From: Schmidtea polychroa
Taxonomy: Eukaryota
DNA length: 64,000 bases
Reading direction: 5' to 3'
Assembly (NCBI GenBank): GCA_044892525.1
Contig: CM097885.1
Coordinates: forward strand, 5,520,001-5,584,000
The position numbers and the translations under genes were made by a program. Numbering within the stretch: the first letter of the stretch is position 1; every line of letters starts with the position of its first letter. Below the pieces are notes generated by a model. It was given only the letters and a program-made list of their open reading frames with translations, was not told where the DNA came from and did no database searches. This document shows positions 41,074-54,179 of this stretch, piece after piece.

Positions 41074-41230
41074 TTCTTATTGTTAATTTAATTATTATTA
41101 TGATTGTTGTTAATATTATTATTAATTTACTAATTTAAGCGTGCTAGGTTCTGCTGAATTCTGATCAAGTTGAGATATGCCATATAAATTCAAAATATAT
41201 TCATAAAGTGCCAAATTATAATAATAAATT

Positions 41231-42264
41231 TGTTGAGGTCTGTAAATTAAAATGAAATTTAGGTTAATAAGTGAAGAGAAAAGACAAATAAAAGTGGGAT
41301 CATGCACAGAATTGATAGTAAAGGAAAATGTGATGGAAGCAGTATTAGAAAATGCCAAAAGTAATTACGAAAGGCAAAAATCCGGAAATCCGAGAAAAAT
41401 CAATAAATGGTAAAATCATCGAAATCGAATGGGAAAACGGGACAGGTATAGATTAGCTAATGGTCAACAAGATGATGATTAGGGATTTATCAGAAAATGG
41501 TTAGGAAGGGTCGGAAAACATTCAAATGTATGAAAACAGAAAACGTTAATTAATTAATTAATTGGCTAATGGAAAACCCGAGCTAATGGGAAACCCGAGC
41601 CAATGGAGAACCCGAGAGATAAAGGAAACCCGAGCTGGGTAAACAAGAAGAAAAGCAAACAGAAGGAAGATTTGGGCCCATTAGCTTGACACAATGATTA
41701 ATGGGAAAAGAGCAAGGAGAAGATAGCGCGCGTAGGAAGACCGGAAGGGCCATTAATTATCTGGATTCGTTGGACCATTATGGGTGACAGCCGAAGCAAA
41801 TACGTGAGAGCAAATGTCAAATGAAAGATTGGCTCGGCAATAACCATTTGTCATCCTGATTTCGAGGAGTATATAAGGAAAGGGAAAATCAGAGAAAATC
41901 GGCATTTTGCCTCAGCTAAGGTTCGAAGAAACAGAGCGTAGGAAAAGGCGGAAACGAATTAGGGAAAGTAGGGAAAAGAAGAAATAGAATTAGGAATACG
42001 GAAAGGTGAAAAAGAAATCAAATCAAACAGAAACCGAGGAAAACGTGGGTCAAGAGAATCCAAAGGAATAAAAGGTGAATATTATCTATTTGCAAAGCAT
42101 CAACGCCGAGCGGAGAATCGTATAAAACTTTGATTAGTAATTGTAAAGTGGTCATAATAAATTGTGAACCTGTTGTTTCAATATACGTTGGGTCGTTCAT
42201 TGTTTTGATTTAAAGAACACTAGGAGTCAGAGGGAACCGACTTGAAATAATCTAAAACCCAACA
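41231..42264 (+). mobile_element. Solo LTR
   Basis: TGTTG...CAACA ends, 4-bp TSD AATT; its 3' end matches the reverse complement of the start of 49973-50600. Confidence 0.7.
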
Positions 42265-42576
42265 AATTTATAAAATAAATTTCTGAAGTAAAAAAATATG
42301 TATATATAATTACATAAATCTGATAAATGTCATTGTGATCGTTACAAATTGATAAATGTTTTACTGATTATCTCAATGATTCTCAAACTTTTTTGTTGCG
42401 GCACACTTTGCACGATTTCAAAATTTTGGGACACACAAAGAAAAAGATAAGTTTAATAATTATTAACTTACATATAACACACTGCGGCAAATAGTTTATG
42501 ATAAAAATTTTAAATGTGTGAAATAAAATAATCTGTACTAAAAAAATAATAAAAGGTTTATTAAGGATTAATTACA

Positions 42577-43368
42577 AGTTGGGTATTTGTGCAAGTCAGA
42601 ATCACTGTCTGACTCCTTCGTGTCCTTTGAAAATAAATTAAACACCCAACACAAAATCTTTATTCGAGATTTATACAATTACACTTTTGTTACACTTTTT
42701 ATTGATTCCATCACAATTGATACAACCCCTTTTTCACCTTTCAACACATTCTGGAAATCTTACATAGGGATGAATCTTCCAATGGGAGATGTCCCTTTCT
42801 GGTACGCTCGATTTAAATTATTCACTTGACACTAACTTCAAGGTTTTCTTTGATCCTCTCGCTAAATTTTACGTTTCCTTTTCTTCGACCAACTGGCGGC
42901 TTGTTCACTTCTGAGCTCTCTTTTTATACTGTTCATTTGAGGGCAATTATCTAGAAAATTGCTCTAAATTATTTCCTGAGACTCAAAATAAATATTTGAG
43001 GTTTTTTAATTAGTTTGCCCTTGATTAGGGCTCAAAATATTACATCTGTTATCTTGTTGTTCGGGTCTCACTGCGCATTGGGTTTCCTACAGAGCTCGGG
43101 TTTCCCATTGGCTCGGGTTTTCCGTTACCGATTAATTAATTTTAATTAATTTGTGTTTTCGCATTAACTTTCCTTGTGAACACCTTAATAAATTTTTATT
43201 ATAATTTCTGAACTCGTCTATCAATTTGGCGTTCAACCATACCCATTCAATATTGATTTTTGATTTTTATTAAATTTTAATTAATTTTGCACTTTTATTG
43301 ATTTTAACATTATTTGTTATACTTTCCTTTTATATATAATTTTTTTGGGTTTTGTGCTAACTCCAATA
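42577..43368 (-). mobile_element. Older solo LTR of the 49973-50600 family
   Basis: Colinear similarity to 49973-50600 with degenerate ends (AGTTGGG...CTCCAATA). Confidence 0.65.
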
Positions 43369-44559
43369 ATAAGAATATTAAATCTCAATTATTGGAAAGC
43401 AAAATTGGGTTGTTCCTCTTCATTCAAAGTTAAGTCAAATACAGAAGTATTCATTATGAGAAATGGATTACGAACCCAATCAAGTTTCTTTATATCTAAT
43501 TTTGGGAAATAATGAATAATGCCATCAAATGGTCATTAATAGTTATATTAATAGTTTCCTAACAGTCCTTTGGGACTGACCCAAATTTTTCTATAATGAA
43601 CTTTATATAATTATGAGATCATTATTCCAGCTCTTAAATATTACTTTTAGTTAACTTTTTGATTATAAATTATTTTTAATTAATTTTCAGTTTTTTTTGT
43701 GATTTTTGACATTTTTTGAATTTGTTTGAAATTACTTTGACATATTACAGTGGCTGAGAAGCACTGGATTATCTCATCACTTTTTGTTTCTTTCTTTCAC
43801 TCACCAATTTTCATTATCTAACACATATAAAATAATCATGTTCATTACATAAGCAATGGCATATCAAATAATGACAATATATAAGTATGATGACTAATTG
43901 TAATTAGTATATCGTTGGTTTACAAGCAAAATTCACTAAGTACATTTTCCAAGATTTTGATTTTTTGTACTAAATTAAATCATTATAATGCCAACTTTAT
44001 ATGGGCAAAATCTTATAAGTCGTAAATTGTAAACTTGTAACTATTTTTTATGCACTAGTTGATAGTAAATACAATTACTAAATTTTCAGATAAACAAACT
44101 TCTTAAATATCGATTTACTAAAAACTATGTTTTTTGACTCAGTGATTTCTGCTTTTAAACCGACGATTTTTTGTAAGATTTATTTATTCGTTTGAATTTT
44201 TAAAAATATTTCTAGTTAACGTTATTAACTAAAATTCTCAGTTTAATAATATATTAATCATTTCAGGAAAATCTCAAATTTTTGTTTTTATCTTCATAAA
44301 ATTGCATTCCAATATCTGAACAATAAAGTAAATAAATTAAAAATCACTTTAAAAAGGCAGTGCCGAAAATTTGTAAATATCAAAAAACGTCGATTTATTT
44401 ACTGATTCATAGTCAAGGTTTTTAATAAATAAATGTAAATTGAAAAAAATTCTTATAATAAATTAAATATAAATAATATTTATTATATATATTTAAAATT
44501 TTTAATTTCATAATCATTTTATTTTTACATTCTTATATTTAAAATCTCTTTAAAAAATA

Positions 44560-45929
44560 TTTTATTTTAAATTTAAATATTTTTATAAATGTTCAAATAA
44601 TTTTCTCGTCAAAAACAAATATTTACAAATTTCATTTTAAATTTCTTAATAAATATTTTATTTAAAATTTAAATTATTAAAATTAATTTAAAAATAAAAT
44701 AAATAATTAAATCGAATTACTGTTATGTAATTTCTGATGGAATATTTAAACAAACAAACAAAATTATTATAAATATAAAATTTCAATATAATTTTATGCA
44801 AAGTGAAATTGGGAATTATAATTTATTGAAATGCTGGCCCGAATAATTCTTGGTCACAATTATAAATACGATTATTAAAAATATAAATATTATTATTAAA
44901 TTATATATTTTTTAAATAAATTGAAAAACTGTAAATATTTAAATTTCCAATGGAATATTTAAACAAACAAAATAAATATAAAATTTCAATGTATATTTAA
45001 TTCCAAATGAGATATGTAATTCTCGGGGAAAATAAAATAATTATTTAATAACCATGACAATCAGCACTTGTAATGAGATGTGTTTACTGATTATCTCATC
45101 ATTTTTCTTTCTTTCTTTCACTCACCAATTTTCATTATCTAACATATATAAAATAATCATGTTTATAACATAAATAATGACATATTAAATAAATATAAAA
45201 TACTAGGTTTTTCACGGCCGCCTGCGGCGCCATTTATTTCAAAATCTCAAGTACCCGACAAGAAAAGAAATTTTGACGTCTCCTGCATATTACTGATGAG
45301 AGCTAAAAGCTCGAAAGTAGTCTACTATTGGGATTTGCAGTGGGTAACACAAAGATTGTGCTGTTTATAAATATTATAATAAATTATAAATTTAAATAAT
45401 TTTATAAACGTTCAAATAATTTTCTCGTCAAAAACAAATATTTATAAATTTTATTTTAAATTTCTTAATAAATATTTTATTTAAAATTTAAATTATTAAA
45501 ATTAATTTAAAAATAAAATAAATAATTAAATCAAATTATTGTTATGTAATTTCTAGTGAAATTTTAAAACAAACAAAAAAAATTATTAGAAATATAACAT
45601 TTCAATATAATTTTATACCAAGTAAGATTTGGAATTATAATTTATTGAAATGCTGGCCCGAATAATTCTTGATCACAATTATAAATAATATTATAAAAAT
45701 ATTAATATTATTATTAAATTATATATTTTTAAAATAAATTGAAAAAATATTTAAATTTATAATATTAATATTTTTAAAAGAAAACTAAATCGAGATTAAA
45801 TTATTAATAAATATTAATTAATTTAAATTTTATTTTTATAAATTATTTTAAATATGAGAAAATTTGTAAATATTTGTTTGAATATATTTAATTGTTATTT
45901 CATATTTAACATTTGACATCCTCTCAACA
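44560..45929. repeat. ABCF 5' flank, partly tandem-duplicated and inverted relative to 5324-6170
   Basis: GAAATGCTGGCCCGAATAATTCTTG block at ~44830 and ~45650, and reversed at ~5850. Confidence 0.75.
45282..45340 (+). ncRNA. Type I hammerhead ribozyme motif
   Basis: ATATTA-CTGATGA-GAGCT aaa AGCTC-GAAA-GTAG-TC-TACTAT, with outer CTGCA/TGCAG pairing. Confidence 0.65.
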
Positions 45930-47549
45930 ATGCCTCCGAAATTTCTTACAAAATCCGAAAGGAAAACATTGGAAGAAGAACAAGATCAACAATTGATCAG
46001 TTGCATCAAATTGTCCCATAATTTTGTCAACAAAACCGAAGATCAAAGCGCACCAATGAAATCATTTGCACTTGAAAATTTGAACATGACGATCCTTGAA
46101 AAGGTTTTGCTCAAAGATTCAACTATCACAATTGAACATGGGAAAAGATATGGTCTTATTGGTAGCAATGGATCCGGTAAATCTATCCTATTCAAAGCCA
46201 TTCAAATGGGCTTATTCGACTTTCCAAAGGATTACACAATCGGAATTGTCGAAGAAGAATGTCTTGCTGATGGAACTAAAGTTGTCGAATGCTTTGTTGG
46301 TAAAGATGAAGTTGAAGATTTCATGGTGAGATTTGCTGACGTGAAAAGCAGAGCTGTCAACAAGAAGAACAAAGATGTTGAAGTACCAAAACTCGTGAAA
46401 ATATTAGATGGAATGGGATTTACTGCTGAAAAGATGAATGACCACGTTGGTAATTTATCTGGTGGTTGGAGAATGAAGATTAGTTTGGCAACTGTTCTGA
46501 TGGCTGAACCAGATCTTTTACTTTTAGATGAACCTACTAACATGTTGGACGATAGAACAATCAAATGGTTGTCGGGATTTTTGAAAGAATGGAAGACGAA
46601 TTTATTTTTCATTTCTCATGACGGAGGCTTTTTATCTAACGTTGCAACGGATTTGTTATCGATTGAAAATAAAACTGTCGTACATTATGCTTGCAAATAC
46701 TACGAATGGTTGAGGAATCAAGAACTCGACAGAGATAAAGTTAGAAATCAAATCCAAGAACAAAAGGCACAGAAAGCTGAATTGATGGAATACATAAAAA
46801 AGTTCGAAAAGACAAAAAAGAAAGAAGTCGCTGCTAAAAGACAACAAATAAAAAAGATGCCCGTCATTGATGAAAGTATTCTAGAACCGAGAGAAATCTG
46901 GAGATTTCCCGCTTGCTTGAAAATCAAGTGCGCTACAATTGAAACGAATGAAATGGGATTCAGTTTTGGTCCCGCTAAAGAAATATTTAGAAACATCACA
47001 TTACGCGTTCAACCCGATTCTAAAATCTGCATCCTCGGAGACAACGGTTGCGGTAAAACTACTCTATTGAAGATCTTCATGAAAATCCTCAAACCCACCA
47101 ATGGAAACATGTTCTTAAATGATCGAACAAATGTCGGCTACTTCAGCCAGCATTACGTCGACCATTTGGAATTGGACAAATCAGCAATTGAAATTATGCA
47201 GATCCGAGTTCCCAACTGCAAACTCGAAACTTATCAAAGTCATTTGTTGAAATTCGGAATCACAAGTGAAGATTGGAACATTCCCGTCAGATGTTTATCA
47301 TCGGGACAAAAGTCAAGAGTAGCTTTCTCCACTATTTACATGCAGAAGCCTAACTTTTTGATTTTCGATGAACCGACAAGCCATTTGGATAAAGATGGAA
47401 CTGAAGCTTTAGAAGATGCTTTGAGGAAATTCAAAGGAGGAGTTATTGTTGTTACTCACGATGGAAGGATGATGTCAAATGTTTGCAAGGATTTGTGGTA
47501 CATCCAGAACAGAACTGTCAGCGTTGTTGAGGACGGCTGTATGATATAA
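45930..47549 (+). CDS. ABCF3: Second intronless ABCF3-like gene, nested antisense in GPCR intron 1
   Basis: Protein identical to 3704-5323 in the ORF track; at least 7 synonymous nucleotide differences. Confidence 0.85.
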   Translation: MPPKFLTKSERKTLEEEQDQQLISCIKLSHNFVNKTEDQSAPMKSFALENLNMTILEKVLLKDSTITIEHGKRYGLIGSNGSGKSILFKAIQMGLFDFPKDYTIGIVEEECLADGTKVVECFVGKDEVEDFMVRFADVKSRAVNKKNKDVEVPKLVKILDGMGFTAEKMNDHVGNLSGGWRMKISLATVLMAEPDLLLLDEPTNMLDDRTIKWLSGFLKEWKTNLFFISHDGGFLSNVATDLLSIENKTVVHYACKYYEWLRNQELDRDKVRNQIQEQKAQKAELMEYIKKFEKTKKKEVAAKRQQIKKMPVIDESILEPREIWRFPACLKIKCATIETNEMGFSFGPAKEIFRNITLRVQPDSKICILGDNGCGKTTLLKIFMKILKPTNGNMFLNDRTNVGYFSQHYVDHLELDKSAIEIMQIRVPNCKLETYQSHLLKFGITSEDWNIPVRCLSSGQKSRVAFSTIYMQKPNFLIFDEPTSHLDKDGTEALEDALRKFKGGVIVVTHDGRMMSNVCKDLWYIQNRTVSVVEDGCMI

Positions 47550-48189
47550 ATAAATTTTTCCATAAATAATTTTGCTTTTTATTTTATTCCTCAAGATCTA
47601 TGAAGGTGTAAGACTATGTAATGAGTCAATTTCAATAATTTAATGTCTATGAGCTTGATATGATTAATAACGTCAGTTAATCATATTTAAAAATGAAATT
47701 ATTTGCTAATTCTATTTATATAAATCGTTGCTAGGAAACCATGCAAAATCTATATATAAAATTGTATGAGTCATACACAGCCGTCATGTATGGGCTTAGT
47801 TTATAATTTGAATACTAAATAATGTTGCATTATTGGTTATGCTCAATGCGTATGAAATGATTTCGTTGGTGACTTTCATTTAACTGTAAAGCAATATATT
47901 TGCATTTTTATTTACATTTCTAAATTGAATTTGCTATAGACCGAAAGTGTGAACAGTGTTCATTGCAAGCCCATATTCAGATTTGTGGCAGGTAATATAA
48001 AATGTGTATATAATTTAAAACCCCGGATATAATTTATTTGCAGCTAAACTTTGTCTCGTGATTGACTCCTCTTGATTATTTTTTTGAAAATAATTATGTA
48101 AAATTAATATTTATAATTTGAAACTTATAGATTTAATAATTTGTTTATAAATTATCAATATTGTATAGTTATTCATCGCCCGTGTGTGT

Positions 48190-48232
48190 TGGTAACCTGA
48201 CGATGATAGTGATCCTATCGAAATATATTGTG
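48190..48232 (+). ncRNA. Minimal hammerhead motif, probably from a Penelope relic
   Basis: CTGACGA-T-GATAG tgatc CTATC-GAAA-TATA-TT; same layout as the 29095 motif. Confidence 0.55.
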
Positions 48233-49157
48233 AAAAATATGTATGAATAGCGTTTTTTAATAATAAAGTCTTTTCCGTATTTATTTAAGTATTTATTATT
48301 TTTCATTTTGTAAATAATTAAATAATATATAATTTCAAATTTAATTTAATATAATGTTAGTAAAAACTACGAAGTTTTCACAAAACTTCCATAAGACAAA
48401 ACAAATCAACTGGCTGCTCTTAACACAAAATAATAAAATTCGAAGAACATCTTATTAACTTTAAAGGGAAGATCTCAGTTGAACCACTATTTCATTCACT
48501 CTTAAAATTTCTTGCCATGATTCTTAAACCTTCTCAAGCCATGACTCTTGTCGCCTTAAAAAGCATAATCCGATTAGCCTCAAAGGTTACAAACTTATCT
48601 GTTCAAATATTTTTGAGATACCGATGAACTTTACAGACTTTAAAATCCTCATGAAAATCCTTCATTTAGTTCAAATGGACAAAACACGTCAATCCACCAT
48701 GATATACCTATAAGATATCTGTCATTTCCTCTCTCAAAAATGGCCTTGTACGATACAATGAGAAACCTCTGAGCTTATCTGACCATAAAATCAAATATTT
48801 TTAATTGTGACTGCTTTTGCCATTATTTTATCAGTTGATTTTGTCTTTTCTAACAGCTCAAAGGTGTGACCCATTTTATATATATAGGATACATATATAA
48901 CTTTCCCCACCCGACTCGATGAACTCATCTAAAACAAAACCACATTGACCACGAATGCCTGTAAAAGGTACATAAATTGTTATATTTTATTGAGGAATGA
49001 AATGCTAAGTCATACACGGCAGCCCAAACAATTCCTTATAAACCTCATCCCCAAAGTACCCCAAAGTAGATGTAAATAGTAATAAATAAAGACTTACGAA
49101 GACCAAAATAAAAGGAAATATAAAACTTCTCAGAGATAAAAATAAATCTTTGCTAAC

Positions 49158-49616
49158 CTGAGATATGTTAATGAGGCCGCTTCCCACGTACATTATTCCA
49201 ATGAGGATCTTGATTCTTTTAGCCATCTTCAAACGGCTTAGTGGATACATAATTACCAAGGTCCGATCTATCGACATTACACAAATGATTCCGGTGCTCA
49301 AGGAAATCGAGAAGCTGATGCTGAATTTGTATAACTTACATAGCCAGCTCGACGCGTGCCACTGAATCGTCAATATCCATAAACATTCGCCAAACATGCA
49401 GAGGATTCCAACGAGAATATCGGCATAACAAAGATGGATAATAAGGATATTTAATGTAGATTTTATTCGTCTGATTCGATATGCGAATGCTAAAACGAAC
49501 ATATTTGTCCCCAAAGACATGATAAACATCGTCAAGAGAACACAAAATTTCATCTTGTGGTACCAACCCAATTCTATGGTGTAATTCCTTAATATCGCAA
49601 ATCCGCTGACATTCAT
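49158..49616 (-). CDS. GnRH/AKH-receptor-like GPCR, exon 1 (TM1-TM4); spliced protein 367 aa
   Basis: LIIHLCYADILV, TIQWHASSWLCK, MSIDRT; donor CAG|gttagc; exons of 459+217+428 nt give one open frame. Confidence 0.88.
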
Positions 49617-49972
49617 TTGAGCTTTTCTACAGCTAGTAAAATAACTTTGAATAAATTTTTATAATATTAAATCATATTGACCAATCATATCTCTTTAAAT
49701 TATTTTCATTGCATTTTCTGTTAAATGATAAACAAAATTTGTTACAAAACATTTTCCTCATTTCCCATTTCTCTGCCTACACTTAAACGTGCCGTAATAC
49801 TAGGGAACCTCAGCGACGGGTTGATTAGCATTTTAAAAATAACTCAAATTGCCGAAAAGAAATAATTAGAGTAAATTATTTGAAATTAAATTAAATTATT
49901 TGAAATTAGGGGGGGGGGTAAATATTTAGTTATTCACTCAGGGACCAAATGCAAGGTTCACCTCTTCAATTC

Positions 49973-50600
49973 TGTTGGGTTTTCATTTTTAAAGTCGGTT
50001 CTCTCTGACTCCTCGTGTTCCTATTCAAACAAATAAGTCAAAACCCAACACAGAATAATTTTATTCAATTTAAATCAAATTACAATTTGTCACTATTTGC
50101 ACCTTTCGCACTGATTTTCTGAATTTCTCCTTTTTTCTTCGACCAAATGGCGACTTGTCTGTTTCTGAGCTCTCTTTTTATACTGTTTCTGAGAGGGAAA
50201 TTATCTACAGAATTTCAATTAATTATTTCCCGGGAACCTTAGGTAAACATTTGATGGTTTCTAAATTGTTTCAATTTGTTTATCCTAGATTCGGGTTCGA
50301 AATATTCTTATCTGATCTATCGGGTCTCACTGCGCATCGGATTTCCCACGGGCTCGAGCTTTCAATTACTGATTAATTAATTTGTATTTTCGCATTAACT
50401 TTCCATGTGAACACCTTATTAAATTTTCATTATAAATTCTGAACTCATCTATCAATTTGGCGTTCAACCATACCCGATATTCAATATTGATTTTTGAATT
50501 TTTGTAAGTTTTAATTAATTTTGCACTTTTATTGATTTAACCAATATTTGTTATGCTTTCCTTTTATATATACATTTTTGTTTTTGTGCTAACCCCAACA
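49973..50600 (-). mobile_element. Solo LTR
   Basis: TGTTGGG...CCCAACA ends, 4-bp TSD ATTC. Confidence 0.7.
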
Positions 50601-51319
50601 ATTCTGTGATTGAATCTTTAGCTTCTATTTTTTTTTCTAAAGACTTCTGAGTTTCTCTTTAAAACATTGGAGTTTCTACCTTAAAGCTCGATCCCAGAGA
50701 TTTTTATTATTAAAATTCATGTTCATTCACATTTATGACTATTATGTAATGCCTTCGACTTTTATATTCTTTTTCTATTTGAGAAAAGTTAATTTCAATA
50801 AAATTTTAATTAAAAAAAATACCCCGAGTATTGATAGCATCAATTAATTAAAAAAGCTTTTCAAAATTCAAAATTTAATGTTATTAACAATATTAAAACA
50901 AAGAGGATTTTTATGTCAATAATATTTTAATCAAGAAAACATCAAAATACATAACCATATTATAATTATATTTACTTTTAAATAGTTAATATATTATTCA
51001 TAACTAGAATAATCTTTGTCAAGCATGACGCGAAAAGTTTAAATTATAATAAAAATAAAGTTAATTTTTTGTAAATTTTATTTATTTAATTTTTCAAGTA
51101 AAATTTTACATGTCAAAGGTTTCCTTATAAACTATATTGTGAGTGAAATTCCTTCTATTTTTTAGCAACTTTCCTTGTTATGGAACAAACAAACAAATTA
51201 ATGATTTAATTAATGATTAATTTATATATAAAGCACAAACATTATACCAAAACTTCTGTGGGTCACCATGTCTCAGCGCACATATAAAAAAATATCAAAG
51301 TTTTATTATTATATAAGAC

Positions 51320-52300
51320 TAGGGTTTCTGAAAAACAGTGGTTTTCAAAAAACAGCTGTTTAACTGTTTCTGATTTTTAAAAAACAGCTGTTTTACTGTT
51401 TTTAATTGTTTTTACTGTAAATAATGTAAGGAAAAAAATTTTTTAACATGAAATTAAAGCCTTTTAATTATTTATTTGATTTATTATAATAATATTTCAA
51501 AAAGACCAATGCTTGCAGTGATTTATCTGATAGACGAGATCGAATTTTTGTGCAAAAACTTGAGGTGACCGAAAAAACGCGTTCTACGTCCGTGGAAGTG
51601 GGTTTGATGGTCAAAATGGCATTAAAGAGTTTTTGTAGGTTTTCAGTTCGCTGTCCAGTGTTCTTGAAAAGTGTAAATTCCGACTTTAGCCACCTGACAG
51701 CATCATTAGCTGGCGTGACTGTAGTTTCACTTTTTTGAAGCAAAGCATTTAGTTCCTCCTGCATTGATAAATTTACAGATATTTCTTCATGAGGTAATTG
51801 ATAATTAATGAGTTGAGATAATTAAATCAGTAAAAATATTTATTTCAGTAAAAGTTGCAATGCTTATTTTATAATGTGAAAATAAACACAAACCAGTGCT
51901 GTTCATTTATATATAAGTGGTGCTATGTCTAGACGTCTAGACAATGCATTGACTGTTGACCTTGAATGGAAAGCGGTCGCGTTGTGTGGCATGTTAAGCA
52001 AAGGCTGTCCATTGATTTGCCTAGCATATGACGCGAGATAAATGATGCGTAAATGACGGGTTAAGATGATTAAATGACGCGAGACAGGTCAATTCAGAAA
52101 AAATTGAGAAAAGAACGCTGAATGACGTGTTTTCTGGTTCTTAATGACGGGAAAACCCGTCATTTTTTTAACAGTGAACTTTAAGTTTTACTGAAAAACA
52201 GTTAAAAACAGTTATGAAAAAACAGCTGTTTGCTGTTTTTGATTTTTTGACGAAAATCAACTGTTTTACTGTCACTGTTAAACAGTATTCAGAAACCCTA
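51320..52300 (-). mobile_element. Internally deleted hAT transposon retaining the dimerisation domain (ORF 51468-51764)
   Basis: TIR TAGGGTTTCTGAA / TTCAGAAACCCTA; TSD TATAAGAC/TATAACAC; PTSTDVERVFS...RSRLSDKSL motif. Confidence 0.88.
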
Positions 52301-52875
52301 TATAACACTGCCGCTAAAGGCATAAAGGGAGAAATTCTCTACCTTTCATTCTCTAAAACTGCTTCTGTTTAAACTCTGAACGAATGAGCTTATAGCTCAA
52401 ACGTTAAACATGGGTTTTGATTTTCATCTGGTGTAACCACAGAACTGTCTGTTTATGGTACAGAGCAGAACGTTGGTTGACTTGTAACTTTTTTGATTGT
52501 TGATGATTGACTGGGATTGGTATTCGGCATTGTTTTACCCATAGCCAGCTATGTTTGATATAGAGCAATGGGCATTTGATTTAATGCATGGTTTATGGCT
52601 GTTGAACATTTGGTTGTTGAAGTTTTTCTGCATATGACAGCCATTCTCTCTGACTGTTTGTATGGCAATGGCAGGTTGGGTTTTAGAGCAGATCATATAA
52701 ATTGTCATGGTGGCTTTAAATAATTATAACTTATATCTTTTTGTAAATAAAAATAGCTTGTACTTTTAGTTGTAAATAATCTTAATTGTAAATAAAATTG
52801 TACATAATTGTAATTTTAATTGTACACAATGTTAATTTAATTGTAAGTAATTATTTAAGCATAGATAATCTAGTA

Positions 52876-53709
52876 CATTGGTTCTTAACCTTTTTGAAGG
52901 TACCGGACCCCGCCAGCTACATGTGCGCATTCACCGAACCCCTCCTAATTTGAAAAATAAAATTTGACTTTTACAAATTCAAAACATGGTATATATTTAT
53001 ATATATATATAGGTGTAGGTGTAGGTGTAGGTGTAGGTGTAGGTGTAGGTGTAGGTGTAGGTGTAGGTGTAGGTGTAGGTGTAGGTGTAGGTGTAGGTGT
53101 AGGTGTAGGTGTAGGTGTAGGTGTAGGTGTAGGTGTAGGTGTAGGTGTAGGTGTAGGTGTAGGTGTAGGTGTAGGTGTAGGTGTAGGTGTAGGTGTAGGT
53201 GTAGGTGTAGGTGTAGGTGTAGGTGTAGGTGTAGGTGTAGGTGTACAAAATGAAAAAAAAACAAAGATCAAAACATTAAATTTTAATGGTTAAATCAAAA
53301 CATGAAACATATTAATTAATATTTACATCAAATCAGTGTGACTTCTGATGTTACCTTTCAGAAACCAATTCAGAAATTCGCGGCTTTACCTTGGCAAGTC
53401 ATTTTCACTAATCTGTAAGATAACCGGTACTGTGCAATGTCAAAAAATGAATCGTCAAGATGGCGTCTATATCGTGACCATAGAATTTTGCCGTTATGGA
53501 GCATTGAGTATAAACATGTTCTTTTTATATTTGAAAGTAGGTACGTACCGAAGATACACGTAAAATGTCTATGGTCCGTATAAAATGTCTATAGTCATTT
53601 TCGGGCGGCCATCTTGACCGGTAATCGCAAGCTCTACCGCTGCGTGATCACCTGCAGCCAATGATGGACAAGCGGGGAGTGTCGATCGAACCCAGGTTAA
53701 GAACCACTG
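52876..53709. mobile_element. hAT MITE containing a (GTGTAG)n array at ~53011-53245
   Basis: TIR CA(T)TGGTTCTTAACC / GGTTAAGAACCACTG; TSD ATCTAGTA/ATCTAATA. Confidence 0.8.
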
Positions 53710-54179
53710 ATCTAATAGAACTTAAATATAAATAACCTAAATACATAAATTGCAATTTTTGATTGTAAATACTTATAAATGTAAATAATCTACAATCTTA
53801 ATCCTAGACTATTTATTAGAAAATTACTTAGATAAACACATACAATCATTTCAAACATTCTATGTTGCTTTCTAACTGTCTCATTTATGCCAATTGTATA
53901 CCTAAGGTAATAATAATAGAGTAAAACTCAAAAAGAGAACTCTTCAATTCACTAAATATTTTGACATAGTCTTCTTACTACAAGGGATTGTACTGTTATT
54001 ATTTTGATTTGGGTAGATTGCTTGGAGCAGATACGGACATGTTTTGTTGTGAATTTTGCATTTTTCATATAATACAAATATTTTTGTTGAGTTTTCACTG
54101 TAATAAAGAATTCCATAAAAATATTTAATCTGACTCACGTACAAACAAATTAATGAAGGCTATTATATTATTAATTACA

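Noticed and set aside
52945..53293. PT/GV/HL/YT dipeptide ORFs; telomere-like array
   Set aside because: Translations of a (GTGTAG)n repeat inside a MITE; the unit is not TTAGGG
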